From: Eledone cirrhosa
Lineage: Eukaryota
Length of the DNA: 64,000 nt
Assembly (NCBI GenBank): GCA_964016885.1
Contig: OZ024743.1
Coordinates: 296,980,001-297,044,000, forward strand
Reading direction: 5' to 3'
In this document: positions 23,695 through 36,953 of the stretch, piece by piece
Numbering within the stretch: position 1 is the first letter of the stretch
Layout: every line of letters starts with the position of its first letter
The notes under the pieces: model-generated
Told to the model about the DNA's origin: nothing
Databases searched by the model: none
Seen by the model: the letters and a program-made list of their open reading frames with translations, nothing else
Program-made: the position numbers and the translations under genes

Positions 23695-24359
23695 TGGGGA
23701 TTCTTTTCTTTGTTTTTGTGCCTCTCCTTTGTTCTGTCCTACGCCATCTTGTTTCTGTGTGTGTGTTGTGTGCTCAGTCTGCGCATGCGCCACATCCGGG
23801 TGTCTGTGTGTGTTTGTATTCGTTTATTTATTTGTTTATTTACATGTTACAGGTTGGTTGTTTGTTCTATGTGCGTGTGTGTTTTCATTTTGTCCTTAAT
23901 TGTAAGTTGTGATGTTGCTGTTCCACTCATGTTTTCTATTTAATTTTGGTTGTAATTCTTTTATGTTTATTGCCTCTGTGATTTGTCTAAACATTACGTC
24001 TTTTCTGTGTGTAGATTCTATTTTTATTTCTATGTTCTCTAATTTACCCTTATGTTCTATTTTAGCATGTTGGTAGAGCACAGATGATTCTTTACTATCT
24101 TGAAGGTCTCGCCAGTGTTCATTTATCCGTTCCCCTACACTACGAGCTGTCTCACCTATGTACACTATATTTTTGTCTCTACATTGTCCTTCAGTACATC
24201 TTATGCTATATACTACATTTCTAGTTTTACAGTTAATATGGGGGCTTAATTTACAGGTTATACATTTCTTATCTATACAGGGGGGTCTTTGAAAAGGGTA
24301 TGTCTTGCTAATAAGTGTTTTTACAGAGGTACCTGGTCTTTCTACTATCTTAAAGTATC

Positions 24360-27300
24360 TTGATTACTTTAGAGAATACCAATAGATATCCCGACAAAAT
24401 TGACGGTATAAATATGGCCGACATCTCATTAACTGATGAGTTCAACAACAACAACACAAATATATACGGCAACACTATGGTCGACTCTGATGAATTATTT
24501 GTATTACAACTGCCACCTAAGTATGCGACATTCAAGAAGGTAAATATAATTAGTTGTTTGTCAGAAATAGAAAAATCATTTACAAAATTACGTTGGAGCC
24601 TCAAACACAAAAACAAAAACAAAAGTAACAACACACGCACACACATATACAACACACATCCCAACAACAACAGACACACACACAAACAACAATAACAACA
24701 ACACACACATCAACAATAATATCATACACAGAAACAACAGACACGCAGACACAAACAACAATAATAACACACACAACAATAACAACACACACAACAATAA
24801 TAACACACACGGAGACAACAACAACAACACACATCAACAACAGCACACATCAACAACAACAACAACACACACACATTCAATGCCTCTCACCACCACCACA
24901 ATCTTAACAAACACACAGACACAGAAAACAGGTAATGAAAGTAGCACAGAAATAAGGGAAGGTAATAGGATTGAAAGGAGAAGGGAGACTATGGACAGAG
25001 AAAATAACCAAGACGAACACACAGACACATAAAATAGAGTAGATAATAACAATGAGCCAGATGAAAGAGACAGGAGTAATAATGAGAGACATAGAAACAA
25101 CCATGAGGCTGTTGATGGAAATAGAAATAGAAACAACACAACTAACAATAACAATAGCACTAGTACACATAAAGCAGCAGCCTGGAACTCTACTTTTTAT
25201 AATCCCTCCGATAAGTCGTTCGACCTGCGACGAGTCCACGCCACGACTTTACCTTTTAACAAACGCACACAATTGCCGTCGCAGGTCGATGAACAAACAG
25301 AAGCACAATTTAGTATAGCTAGATGTAAACTTAGAAATATTATAGAACAGTATAGCAAGAAGCATAATAGAATGGAGGCCCAGCAACTGAGAGAAAAACC
25401 TGCAAATGGCTTGTGTAAGCTCATGCAGCGCTCGCGTAATGGAGAGATAGCATGCTTTCCAACAGACAAGTTTGGCAGAATGTCGGTTGACAGTCTGCCA
25501 AACTACATCCAGGAAATGCAACCCCACATCACTAACACAAGAGAAGTAACACCACAAGAGCATGAGGATAGAGAAAAAGCCTTCAATGCCCATATGGTGA
25601 TGTGGACGAATATAATGCAGCCCCCAACAAAAGGACTGCCAACAACTTCCAGGCCTGGAACAATGACGTGCCAGCGTTGTATGGGCTTCGAAAAGACCAT
25701 AAAACGGGCAGTGACCCTGTCACGGGACCACCAACACGGCCAGTCTGTGGAGCTAACATTGCTAGTAACTACAGACTGTCCTACTTCCTCTCCCTGATCA
25801 TACGCCCCATCATTGAAATGTCCCCAGATGTATGTGGCAGCACGGAGGACCTCCTCAGACGAATCGGCGAGAGTAACCGATCTAGGGACCTAACAAACTG
25901 CATAATAGGAAGTATGGATGTTGTGTCCCTGTATCCATCTATTGACGTGGATTTTGCTGTGGAGAAATGCGTAGAAATGATCAGTGAGAGCAATGTTGAG
26001 TTCCGTGGGATTGATACCAGTGAGCTGGGACTCCTACTTAAACTTAATAATTACCTAGACACATATGACCTTAGCAACCTGTGCTCTACAAGACCAGCAA
26101 GAGGCAGACCATCTCAATGGCCAAGAAAACCCACACAGATAGATGGAACGGGTGGACCAGAGCCATACGGACACCCGAAAACCACGATGAACTAAAGAAA
26201 ATGATTGCACATGCGGTGGGGGCCAGCATAAAATTAACCCTTAAGGAACATATGTTCAAATTTAATGGAAAAACATATGCCAAAGAGGAAGGAGCAGCCA
26301 TTGGTGTTAGCATTGCAGGCGACATAGCTAACTTATTCATGGTATGGTGGGACAGTAGACTTAAACTTAAACTTAAAGAACAATTAGAAGACTCCTTAAC
26401 CCTGATAATGTACTCCCGCTACGTTGATGATATAAACATCGTAGTTAAAACACCCCCACTAGAGAACAGTCAGGAATTATAGAAAAACACAATGGAAAGC
26501 ATCCAGCAAATAGCTAACTCCATCCACCAGAGTATTAGAGTTACTATAGACTACCCAAGTAAACACCCCAACCATCGATTACCTGTACTAGACACAGAGC
26601 TCTGGTTAGATACCATTAATAACAAAAAACAAATCCTCCATTCCCATTATGCCAAACCCATGACTTCCAAATATCTGATCCACCGAAACTCAGCTGTTTC
26701 GGACCATACCAAAATCAACATACTGATTGCGGATTTGGTACGGGTGATGAGAAATGTGTCCTGCATGTGCAACCCCGAAGAACTAGAGAGACACATACAA
26801 CACTTCATCCACCGTATGCAGTTCTCTGGTTACAATCAGAGAGATAGAATCAGAGTGTATAGAGGAGCCAGAACCAAATGGGAAAAAAATGGTAAATAAT
26901 GACACAAATGGGACCTGCCCCTTGTATAGGAACAAATTTTGGAATAGAATAGAAAGAACTAGGAATAAGGCTAATAGATAAACTCATGGTATAATAGCAA
27001 TAAATACCAGAGTGTAATGTTCATCGATACAACCCCTAGAGGTGAATTAGCTTACAAATATAGAAGGGCCCTAGATAAACATAAACTCAATATTAAGATA
27101 GTAGAAAGACCAGGTACCTCCGTAAAAACACTTATTAGCAAGACATACCCTTTTCAAAGACCCCCCTGTATAGATAAGAAATGTATAACCTGTAAATTAA
27201 GCCCCCATATTAACTGTAAAACTAGAAATGTAGTATATAGCATAAGATGTACTGAAGGACAATGTAGAGACAAAAATATAGTGTACATAGGTGAGACAGC

Positions 27301-27550
27301 TCGTAGTGTAGGGGAACGGATAAATGAACACTGGCGAGACCTTCAAGATAGTAAAGAATCATCTGTGCTCTACCAACATGCTAAAATAGAACATAAGGGT
27401 AAATTAGAGAACATAGAAATAAAAATAGAATCTACACACAGAAAAGACGTAATGTTTAGACAAATCACAGAGGCAATAAACATAAAAGAATTACAACCAA
27501 AATTAAATAGAAAACATGAGTGGAACAGCAACATCACAACTTACAATTAA
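24360..27550 (+). pseudogene. Disrupted RT plus GIY-YIG ORF of the Penelope-like element
   Basis: Split over ORFs 24360-24695, 25273-, 25602-26195, 26081-26482, 26492-26899 and 27017-27550 by frameshifts and stops; AAC/ACAC low-complexity stretch at about 24600-25160. Confidence 0.85.
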
Positions 27551-27751
27551 GGACAAAATGAAAACACACACGCACATAGAACAAACAACCAACCTGTAAC
27601 ATGTAAATAAACAAATAAATAAACGAATACAAACACACACAGACACCCGGATGTGGCGCATGCGCAGACTGAGCACACAACACACACACAGAAACAAGAT
27701 GGCGTAGGACAGAACAAAGGAGAGGCACAAAAACAAAGAAAAGAATCCCCA

Positions 27752-27794
27752 GTCACTGAAGAGGTCACAGAATGTGTGACGAAAGAACTTTGAC
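27752..27794 (+). ncRNA. Minimal type I hammerhead ribozyme motif in the Penelope pseudo-LTR
   Basis: GTCA-CTGAAGA-G-GTCACA(GAATG)TGTGAC-GAAA-G(AA)C-TT-TGAC: stem I GTCA/TGAC, 6-bp stem II, 2-bp stem III; minimal hammerheads are known from PLE pLTRs. Confidence 0.75.
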
Positions 27795-27936
27795 AATATA
27801 TAAACAACCATCTGGTTGTGGAACCAACCAACCGGAAATTTATAAATTGCTAAATTTATAAATTTATTATAATAAATTGAAGTGAAAGCAACTGGTGCGT
27901 GTGTTTCTTATTGGCAACATGACCCTCCCAAAGTAT

Positions 27937-27974
<38 letters not shown>

Positions 27975-28031
27975 TTATACACATTGTAGCCATGAAGCTA
28001 CATACATCAGTGACTGAAGTTCCATGCTTAA

Positions 28032-28246
28032 CCCTTTAGTTTTCAAACCGGCCAAACGCGGCCAGAATTCTCTACCTCTTTCTGTTGAAACTGGCTGTAA
28101 CTGGTTTCTCAAACCGATGTTAAGGTATTGTTTTCAAAATAAATACTTTCAAAATCTCATAGATTCGATATTATGTGAGATTATTATGTGAGGTAAAGCC
28201 TTTACCATTAAAATAGTATATATAAAATAATGTGAATGCTAAAGGG
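28032..28246. mobile_element. piggyBac-type MITE, family 1, copy 1
   Basis: TTAA-CCCTTTAG...CTAAAGGG-TTAA (TIRs plus TTAA TSD); internal sequence similar to the copies at 36612 and 49968. Confidence 0.85.
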
Positions 28247-28366
28247 TTAAGGGCATGGAATTTAAGGCACCTTGAGTCCTTTAGAATATCACATACAAGG
28301 CATGATTTTTTTTGTTAGATAACATTTATATATTAGGAAGTCCTTTTGTGAAAGATTTGTCTTTAC

Positions 28367-28496
28367 CTGTGGAGGCAGCAACAGCACCAAAAAGAATAGC
28401 TGGGAGAGCCATAATGATGCATCCAAAAGCTGCAATATATGACAGCATTTTTGCTTTAAATGCAGACTTGGATGATAGCACACGTTGGAAATATGC
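28367..28496 (-). CDS. SLC5A7: CHT1 coding exon 6, 130 nt
   Basis: Acceptor TTTTCTAG|; [43 protein letters not shown]; donor CAG|GTAAAG, phase 1. Confidence 0.95.
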
Positions 28497-28586
28497 CTAG
28501 AAAATAGAAGAGAAATAAACATTAGTTACAAGTTTTATGAAGAAAGTAACACTTAGTATATGATTACTACATAACATATATATAAA

Positions 28587-28771
28587 ATAATTGTTTTTAC
28601 TTTTGGCACAAGGCCACCAATTATCCCAGTACATTACTGGTACTTTATTCTATCGACCCCGTAAGGATGAAAGGCAAAGTTAACCTCGGCGGGATTTGAA
28701 CTCAGACCGTAAAGGGACGTAACTATGCTGGAAAGGATGGCGTCCGACTCTCTACCGATACTGCCAATCCA
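28587..28771 (-). mobile_element. SINE family A, full length
   Basis: Same body and head as the other family A copies. Confidence 0.8.
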
Positions 28772-29476
28772 CCGGACCTTTAGTGGCCATGATCATAATT
28801 TCAAGTTCACTTACCATGCCAGCATAGGTTTGATGGGTTGTGACAGCAAGCCCATTGCAGAGGCGGGTGGGGTGGGGGAATACTAGATAGCACTTCCCCT
28901 CACACTTATGGTATCATGTTATTCTGAAACTCCACCTTAAGCCACATACTCTCCAACACCAAAGTTTGATAACAGACCTGTGCCATGGTCCTAAATGAGG
29001 TCCCTCCATCCTGTTTAATCTCAGATTGTGACAAACTGTCTAGCCCAAGCCAGCATGGAAAGTGAATGTAACATGAAAATGATGATGATGATGATGATGA
29101 ATACAACTAATGTTTTATGTATGTATATATGTATGTATATATATATGTATGTATATATATATATGTACGTATATATGTATGTATGTATATAAGTATGTTA
29201 TCTCTTTCTCTTAATTTCGAGTATGTTTTTTTTGACCGGCCACCTTCCTGGTGGCAAGGTTGTAAAAGTATGTATGTATATATGTATGTATATATGTATG
29301 TGTGTATGTATGTATGCATGTATGTATATTATTTTAATTCATTCATGTATGTATGGATCTGTAGCTCCTCTCCTGATACAGTTGTAGGGGCACTCATAGT
29401 GACATACAGCATGTTTTGGACATTTAAATCTGGTGGAGCCCATCTCTTCTCCATGCCTGAACACAGCTGGTTTCTT

Positions 29477-29524
<48 letters not shown>

Positions 29525-30901
29525 TTGACCCTAGCATTGGACTGGTATTTTTTTTATCAACCTTGCAAGTATGAAAGGCAAAGTTGACCATGGCAGGTTT
29601 TAACAAAGAGTGCAGAGAGCTAGAACAAGTACCATGAAGCAGTTTATCTGACATTTTAATGACGCAGCCAATTTACTGCTTTAGATGGGGTAGACATAGG
29701 CTTCATAAGTTCATAAGCCATAGAGAAGGCAACCCATCAAAGAGAGCAGTCATTCTGAATAAAAACTGATAAGGGTAGAGAAGACCCTTTAGTTCGGTAA
29801 GAGAACCTCATTAGTGCTGGTGGTATGAATAATGCGCCCAGTCCATGCTGTAAAGAGGTTGGTGACAAGAAGGGTATCCAGCCAGTAAAACCTTGCCAAA
29901 ACCATGCATCATCATCAACATCATGTCCAACCCATGCAAGCATGGAACAACAGACGTAAAATGATGATGATTAAATACATATATAAGGGAAAATTGGTAG
30001 CTTTTTGAACAGACTTCAATAATTATCTATATTAAGCAAAGCCACACAGTAACAAATACATTTTATCTACACAATATAAGACTAGATGAGTGGGTGACTT
30101 GACAGAGTTGTTAGAGTGCAGTATTTATCCCAGCCCTTTATATCAACTTTGCATGTTTCCCCTTTAAGGGGGGGGGGGGTCACTAAAATAATGGACTAAA
30201 TCATGGTGGTGGATTGGCAGAATTATTAGAACATTGGAAAAGATGGACAAATGCTTTGTGGTATTTGTTTTAGCTCCTTATATTCTGAGCTCAAATAGTG
30301 TTGTGGATGACTTTATTGGTAGACTTACTCTACCACCCAGTTTAACTTGGTCCTTGGTGTGCACTCTGTTGCAATTATTCAGACTTGGTCTTCATGAGGA
30401 TACTTTATTCTCTCTTTCCCACCAGTCTAAAAGACCCTGGAGAGGATCAGAAGTACAAATAGATACAAGACTTATGGCACTGTTATTAATCCAATTTGTT
30501 GTGATACTGAACAAGGTTGACAGGATTTAGACAAGATATATTAAGTAAGCTATGGTGGTTATCATCAATGCGTCACCAAAATTGGTACATCAGCAGAATT
30601 AGTAGAGCGTTGGATGAAATGCTGTTGTGGTATTCAAATCCAGCTGGGGACAACTTTTCCTTTCATCCTTTCAGAAGTGATAAAATAAAGTACAAGGGTC
30701 GATATAATCAACTTTCCCTTCTCCCCAAATTGCTGGCCTTGTGCCTAAATTGGAAGCCATTATTACATCAATGAGACACCATTCCCATAGCTACAAGCAA
30801 TGGTGACACACCATTTGTTCCTTTGCAGAACAATGAAAGCTGATAACCAGTGCAGTCACTTATTTCTGCCCAGGGACTGTTGTTATTGATATTTTACATT
30901 G

Positions 30902-32130
30902 ATACAAAGCCTTACATACAAGGTCTTACATACAAGGAATACATACAAAGTCTTACATACAAGGTCTTATATACAAGGTCTTACATACAAGATCATATAT
31001 ATACAAGATCTTACACACAAGGTCTTACATACAAGGTCTTACATACACTGTCTTACATACAAGGTTTTACATACAAGGTCTTACATACAAGGTCTTACAT
31101 ACAATCTCTTACATACAAAGTCTTACATACAAGGTTTTACAAACAAGGTCTTACACAACAAGGTCTTACATACAAGGTTTTACATACAATGTCTTACATA
31201 CAAGGTTTTAAATACGAGGTCTTACATACAAGGTCTTACACAGATACAAGGTCATAGATATAAGGTTTTACATACATACAATGTCTAAGATATAAAGTGT
31301 TAAATAGATACAAGGTCATACATAAATACAAGGTCATGCATGTATACAAGGTCATACATTTATACAAGGTCATACATTTATACAAGGTTCATGTATACAA
31401 GTTCATGTATGTATGCATGGTCATACATTTATACAAGGTCATACATTATACTAGGTCATACATGTATATAAGGCCATACATATATAGAAGGTCTTAGATA
31501 TAAGGTCTTACATAGATGCAGAGAAAAAAATGGTCTTACATAGATATTAGTTCTAAAATATAGATCTCAAATAGAGAGTCTAAGATACAAAATCTTAGAT
31601 TATAAAAGTTCATACATGAATACAAACTCTTACATAGGCTCAAGGTCATGCATATAAGGTCTAAGATACAAAGTTTTAGACAGATTCAAGATTTTAGACA
31701 AATACAAGGTCATACATACAAAGTCTAAAATACAAGGTTTTAGATAGATACAAGGTTTTAGACAATTACAAGGTCATACATAAAATGTCTTAGATACAAT
31801 GTCTTAGACAAATACAAGGTCATACATACAAAGTCTAAAATACAAGGTTTTAGATAGATACAAGGTCTTAGACAATTACAAGGTCATACATAAAATGTCT
31901 TAGATACAAGGTCTTAGACAAATACAAGGTCATACATACAAGGTCATACATACAATATCTAAGATGCAAAGTCTTAGACAAATATAAGGTCATACATACA
32001 ATGTTTAAGATACATGGTCTTAGATACAAGGTCATACATACAATGTTTAAGATACAAGGTCTTAGACAAATACAAGGTGATACATACAAGGTTTTAGACA
32101 TATACAATGTATTAGATACAATGTCTAAGG
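30902..32130. repeat. 16-bp-based minisatellite (TACAAGGTCTTACATA) with diverging sub-arrays
   Basis: Read directly; accounts for the YKVLHTRSYIQGLT ORFs. Confidence 0.9.
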
Positions 32131-32223
32131 TACAAAATATGAAGTGTCATTAGCTAAAATACATGTTTAAAGTAAAAAGAATGTCAGTGTGTAGTTAAAA
32201 TGAAAATAAAAGAGTTGTCTTAC

Positions 32224-32376
32224 CTGCCAAGGAATTCCCCCAAATATCAGTAAAAGATAGCTGTCTGTGTAACTACCTATGTATTTAGCATCAACACCTT
32301 TAATCCAGTTAGTTGTTGCATTTATTGCAATGTTGTGGGCTGCTTTGTGGGTCATAGCAAATGGAAGAGAAATCCA
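32224..32376 (-). CDS. SLC5A7: CHT1 coding exon 5, 153 nt
   Basis: Acceptor TTGTTATAG|; WISLPFAMTHKAAHNIAINATTNWIKGVDAKYIGSYTDSYLLLIFGGIPWQ; donor CAG|GTAAGA. Confidence 0.95.
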
Positions 32377-33054
32377 CTATAACAAAAAGATAAAATTTAG
32401 TTAGAAAGTTCTATCATGCATTTATGAAGGAGAATTACTTGGGTGATGACAGACTTTCTTTCATTGTTTTGAAAATACTTTTTGGTTGATCTATCAAGGG
32501 AATTATCTATTATATGTATCCTAATTCTAGGGTTCTATGAGTTAAGGTGCTACTAATGAAATTTAATAAAATTTTGTTATACATGTTCATGAATAAATTC
32601 TTTATGAATAAATTTTTTTTCTAAAATAATTTTTGTTTCATTTAAAGTCTTATAAATAGGGTGGAGATTTTCTATAAAATAAAGATATGGGTTCTGCAAT
32701 TTTTGGAAAATTGTAAAATGGTTCAGCAATAAAATAAGATTCAGAACAACTAATCCAGTCTCTAGTAATTCACAGATATTTTCAACTTGCTCAAATAGAA
32801 AACATGCCATTCAATATGGAGCTGATATGGACTCCTTAAGCCACAGTGAAGGCAACTCATCTTGGAGAGTAGACACTGAATAAAAACTGTTATATTGTGG
32901 AGAAGACTCCTGAGTCCAGTATGACAACCTCTCTAATGCTGGTGGTATGGATAATGCATCCAGTCCATGCTGTAAAGTGGTTGTGATTGAAAGAGCATCC
33001 AGTCAGAAAAAACCCTACCAAAATTATGGAATGCCCAACACATTTCTCATGAAA

Positions 33055-33347
33055 TACACTTTCACCATGTTTGAATAACATTTTAAAATAATCAGGAATA
33101 TTGTGTGTTTTAAAGAAAATAATTAACTTTGTCATTATTAAATTGATGTTTAAAAAATAGCTCCACAAAATGTCCTTACATAAAATCATTATAGAAAGCT
33201 TAGATTTAAATATAAAGATTTTAAAGTAGGCAGTTTGGCATCAGACAAATCCTGATAGAAGGTTTTTAGATAAATACAAGTATTTAAAAATAAACAGCTA
33301 TATGTCATAGAACAAGGGTAATTTTAAGTGGTTTGTTATCAAAAGGG
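33055..33347. mobile_element. Older piggyBac-type MITE, family 2, degenerate
   Basis: Ends ATCAAAAGGG-TTAA and resembles 2070-2371 (AAAATAAACAGC...TAGAAC); left boundary approximate. Confidence 0.5.
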
Positions 33348-33408
33348 TTAAAAAATTGAGTAAACTCTATCATATAATAACAATTAAAAAATGCATACAA
33401 TTACTTAC

Positions 33409-33557
33409 CAGGCCGAAAAAGATGAAAAACAGTTGTAGCACATCTGTATAGGCGACTGAGTAAAGTCCTCCAAAAAGTGTGTAGAATATAGCAATACAAG
33501 CTGAGACGATGATGGATATGTTTGTATCAAGCTCAAGGATTACAGCCAAAGTAGCCC
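33409..33557 (-). CDS. SLC5A7: CHT1 coding exon 4, 149 nt
   Basis: Acceptor TTATTTCAG|; [50 protein letters not shown] (SSF family YT.[11 protein letters not shown] motif); donor |GTAAGT, phase 0. Confidence 0.96.
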
Positions 33558-34369
33558 CTGAAATAATAAGGGAGAAAGATAATATGCCATGTCCATATTA
33601 AGAATTCATCCTCGTATTTATTCTGTTTTACTTGACTTTGACATAAGGATAAGAAATCAAAGAATTTTGTGTTAAGGTTTAATCATAACTTTTCACATTG
33701 GTAAATATGTCTGGAGTATGGAATATGTATGTATATATGTACATACATATATGTATAAACATAGATATATTATTCTTAGTTCTTAATTCACCCATAACTC
33801 CTGGTGGAGGTGTAGGGCCACTATAGTGAAATACAGTGTTTTTTGGTCATTTTTCAAACCTGGTAGAACCCACTTCCCCACCAGGATTGAACACAGTAGA
33901 TTCCTTCCAGAGAAAAAGAGGAAGTAAGAAAGAGATATAGAGGAAGAATTGATTCTACTACTAGACTGGCACTTTTTTTTTATTGACCTTGAATGGATGA
34001 AAGGCGAAGTTGACCTTGGTAGGATTTAAACTGAGAAAGCACAGAGTAGGAACAAATATTGCTAAGCATTCTATCTAATGTTCTAATGACTCTGACAACT
34101 TACATACATACATCCACCCACCCCTCCATATCTATATATATGTACGTATGTACATGCATACACATCCACCCACACATTCACATATCTATATATTAATATG
34201 CTTATACCTACGTACCGTATGTCCGACGATGTGTGTCATGCTTTCAGTAATATAAATAAAAGTCAAATGGCGTCCGTGAGATGTGCTAAAACAATGGAAG
34301 TGGGGTGGTAAACAATCTACGAAAATCTATGAGGAGAGAAAATCAAAGAGCGTAGCAACGTTTGGAAAG

Positions 34370-34695
34370 GAGAGGGGGGGGGTAATAATATATTTAGAAA
34401 GAGAGGGTTAAATATAGAGAAAGGGATGGGTTATTATATATATAGAGAAGGGGGTTATAATATATATATATAGAGAGGGGGTTATAATATATTTAAAGAG
34501 AGGGGTTTATATATAGAGAAAGGGATGGGTTATAATATAGAGAGAGGGGTTATAATATAGAGAAAGGAGGGTTAAAATATATATAGAGAGAAGGGGTTAA
34601 ATATATATATAGAGAGGGTGGTTTTAATATATAAAGAAAGGGATGGGTTTATATATAGAGAGAGGGGGTTTTAATATATTTAGAGAGAGGGGATT
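34370..34695. repeat. Degenerate purine-rich minisatellite (AGAGAGGGGGTTATAATATAT-like)
   Basis: Read directly from the sequence. Confidence 0.75.
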
Positions 34696-36167
34696 ATCCG
34701 TGAATTTTTTCATGGATCCAGCTAGTATTAATAAACATATGTATGTACATAAATACATACATATGTTCATATACACATATATATATATATATATATACAT
34801 ATGTAAGTACATATTATATGTGTGTGTATACACACACACACACATATGTTATGGTATGGACCCATAACTCCCGAGGGAGTCATTGGGTCACCATATTTAG
34901 ATATGCTATTTCTTAGGGCATTTTAAAACCTGGCAGAGCCCATCCCCTCTCCAGACCTGAGTACAGCAGATTCCTTCCAGAGAAAGATAGAAAGTGAGAG
35001 AAAGGAAATGAGAAAGAGATATAGAGGAAGAATTGATCCCAGTACTACACAGATGCTTTTTTATTGACCACAAAAGAATAAAAGGCAAAGTTGACCATAG
35101 CGGGATTTGAACTCAGAGAACAGAGAGTCAGAATAAATACTATAAAGCATTGTATCAACATTCTAGTGTCTCTGCCAAGTCATCATATATGTATGTTAAA
35201 AAATAAGTATATTCTAAGCCCAGAGGCTCAACAAGCTTAAGTATATCCCAGTTTTATTGATATTATGGGACTGAGAGTAAAGGATGCCAGTCTATTACAG
35301 ATTTGACTCCCAGCTGCTTTTGGTACACCTTTTTAGTCGCGTTGAGTTGAGCTAGGTGAAAGGAAATGTTTTGCTCAAGAACACAACATGCGCTCAAACA
35401 ATTGAACCAATGACATTACACATGTAAGTCCAACACACTGTTGGACCCCTGACTACTGAACACACGAACAACAGACATGAATTGCCACTGTCCATATTCA
35501 CTAAACCATTCACTAAACCATGACACTCAAGTGTTTGGCTTGAAAGTACCACCAAATTCAGTGCCTAAACATAGGATCATCCCCAGCCTATCAAATTATA
35601 CTTTAAACAGATAGCAATTTGAGGCACTGTTTTGCACAAAGCTGAAACAACCATGACACACCCAACTTTTGACATGAAATTACCACAAAATTCAATGCCT
35701 AATCATGTGATCTTCCTCAACCTATCAAATTATACATCAACAATATAGCAATCTGAGCCACTTTTATTGCATAAAACTGAAAGAAATTCCCAACATCAGT
35801 TAGATGTGAGTTACAAGTTAGCATAGCCACACATCTTTCCATCCCTCTTAACTTTTGAAAAATCATAAAACTTGTGAAACCAGTAAAGTTATAAGTTATA
35901 AATAAACCTTCTTAAAGACTCCAATTGTATTTTCAACTTCTTTTTCTTATATATATATATATATATAAATATTTCCTCAACTTTTCAACCTTTTCTTTTT
36001 CCAAACTTTACTCATTCTTGATGAAGGGCTAATATCTGTATCTGATACATTGAAACATTCATTTTCCTTTTCTAACAAATATGAAACAAATATATGTTAA
36101 TATTATTGATTTAAATATTTATTGTAATTTACATTATTAGTAATATATATAAATGAATTATACATAC

Positions 36168-36323
36168 CAAGAGCTGAAAGTACAGCAGCTGACCAAAAAA
36201 CTTCTCCAAGAAGAGCTGGTAAGTACAACAATCCACCCATACGCTCCCCATATTTAATCTGGAAGGGGTCAAGCATGGTAACATATCCCTGTGTACGCAT
36301 CTTTTCAGCAAAGAAAAGACCGC
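36168..36323 (-). CDS. SLC5A7: CHT1 coding exon 3, 156 nt
   Basis: Acceptor TTTTTCAG|; [53 protein letters not shown]; donor |GTATGT. Confidence 0.96.
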
Positions 36324-36611
36324 CTGAAAAATATTAATACAGTTTGTATTTATGTTTAGATTTACATGTAAGTGATGCAGGCACCAACACACACACATAC
36401 ACACATGTACACACACACACACATGCACACAAATACACACATAGACACATAGACACACACACCCACAGAGACTTGCACACACACATACACAAATAGATAC
36501 ACACACACACAACCATGCCAAAAAAAGGTTGGGTAAACTCTTCACTTGAATATTGGTGCTACAATAAAATGTATCTAGTACACTCTATAAAGTCATAGAA
36601 ATCATGTTTAA

Positions 36612-36832
36612 CCCTTTAGCATTTAAACCGGTTGTATCCAGCCAGAATTCTCTCACCTCTTTTTTGTCAATCCGGCCATAACTGGCCACTCATGCTGATG
36701 TTAAGGTATTGTTCTCAAAATAAATAATATCAAAATCTCATAGATTCGACAATATGTGAGATATTTATGTGAAGTAAAGCCTTTACTGTGAAAATACAAT
36801 AGTATGTATTGAGTAATGTAAATGCTAAAGGG
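36612..36832. mobile_element. piggyBac-type MITE, family 1, copy 2
   Basis: TTAA-CCCTTTAGCATTTA...TAAATGCTAAAGGG-TTAA. Confidence 0.88.
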
Positions 36833-36953
36833 TTAACTAAGAGTGTAGAGGTTGCCTTTGTTTTTCTTTGTTTTACTTTGTTGTTTTTGTGATGTATCTT
36901 TGAAAAGCATAATAGATGTTAGTATAAAAGATGGTAAAAGCTTTCTAACTTAC

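Larger units (their letters stand above)
23446..27944 (+). mobile_element. Penelope-like retroelement (Neptune-like) with an inverted 5' duplication, inserted in a (TA)n tract of CHT1 intron 6
   Basis: RT motifs DVVSLYPSI, GAAIG and YSRYVDD; CxxxxCxxC linker (CIDKKCITC); GIY-YIG endonuclease (VVYSIRC...VYIGETAR...RINEH); 23502-24353 is the reverse complement of 27093-27944; (TA)n on both flanks. Confidence 0.93.

Noticed and set aside
23896-24165. Separate minus-strand GIY-YIG nuclease gene
   Set aside because: It is the inverted duplicate of the Penelope 3' end (27281-27550), not an independent gene
36017-36062. Hammerhead-like TTGATGA...GAAAC beside (TA)n
   Set aside because: The core starts with T while keeping G8, and stem II does not close; at most a dead remnant
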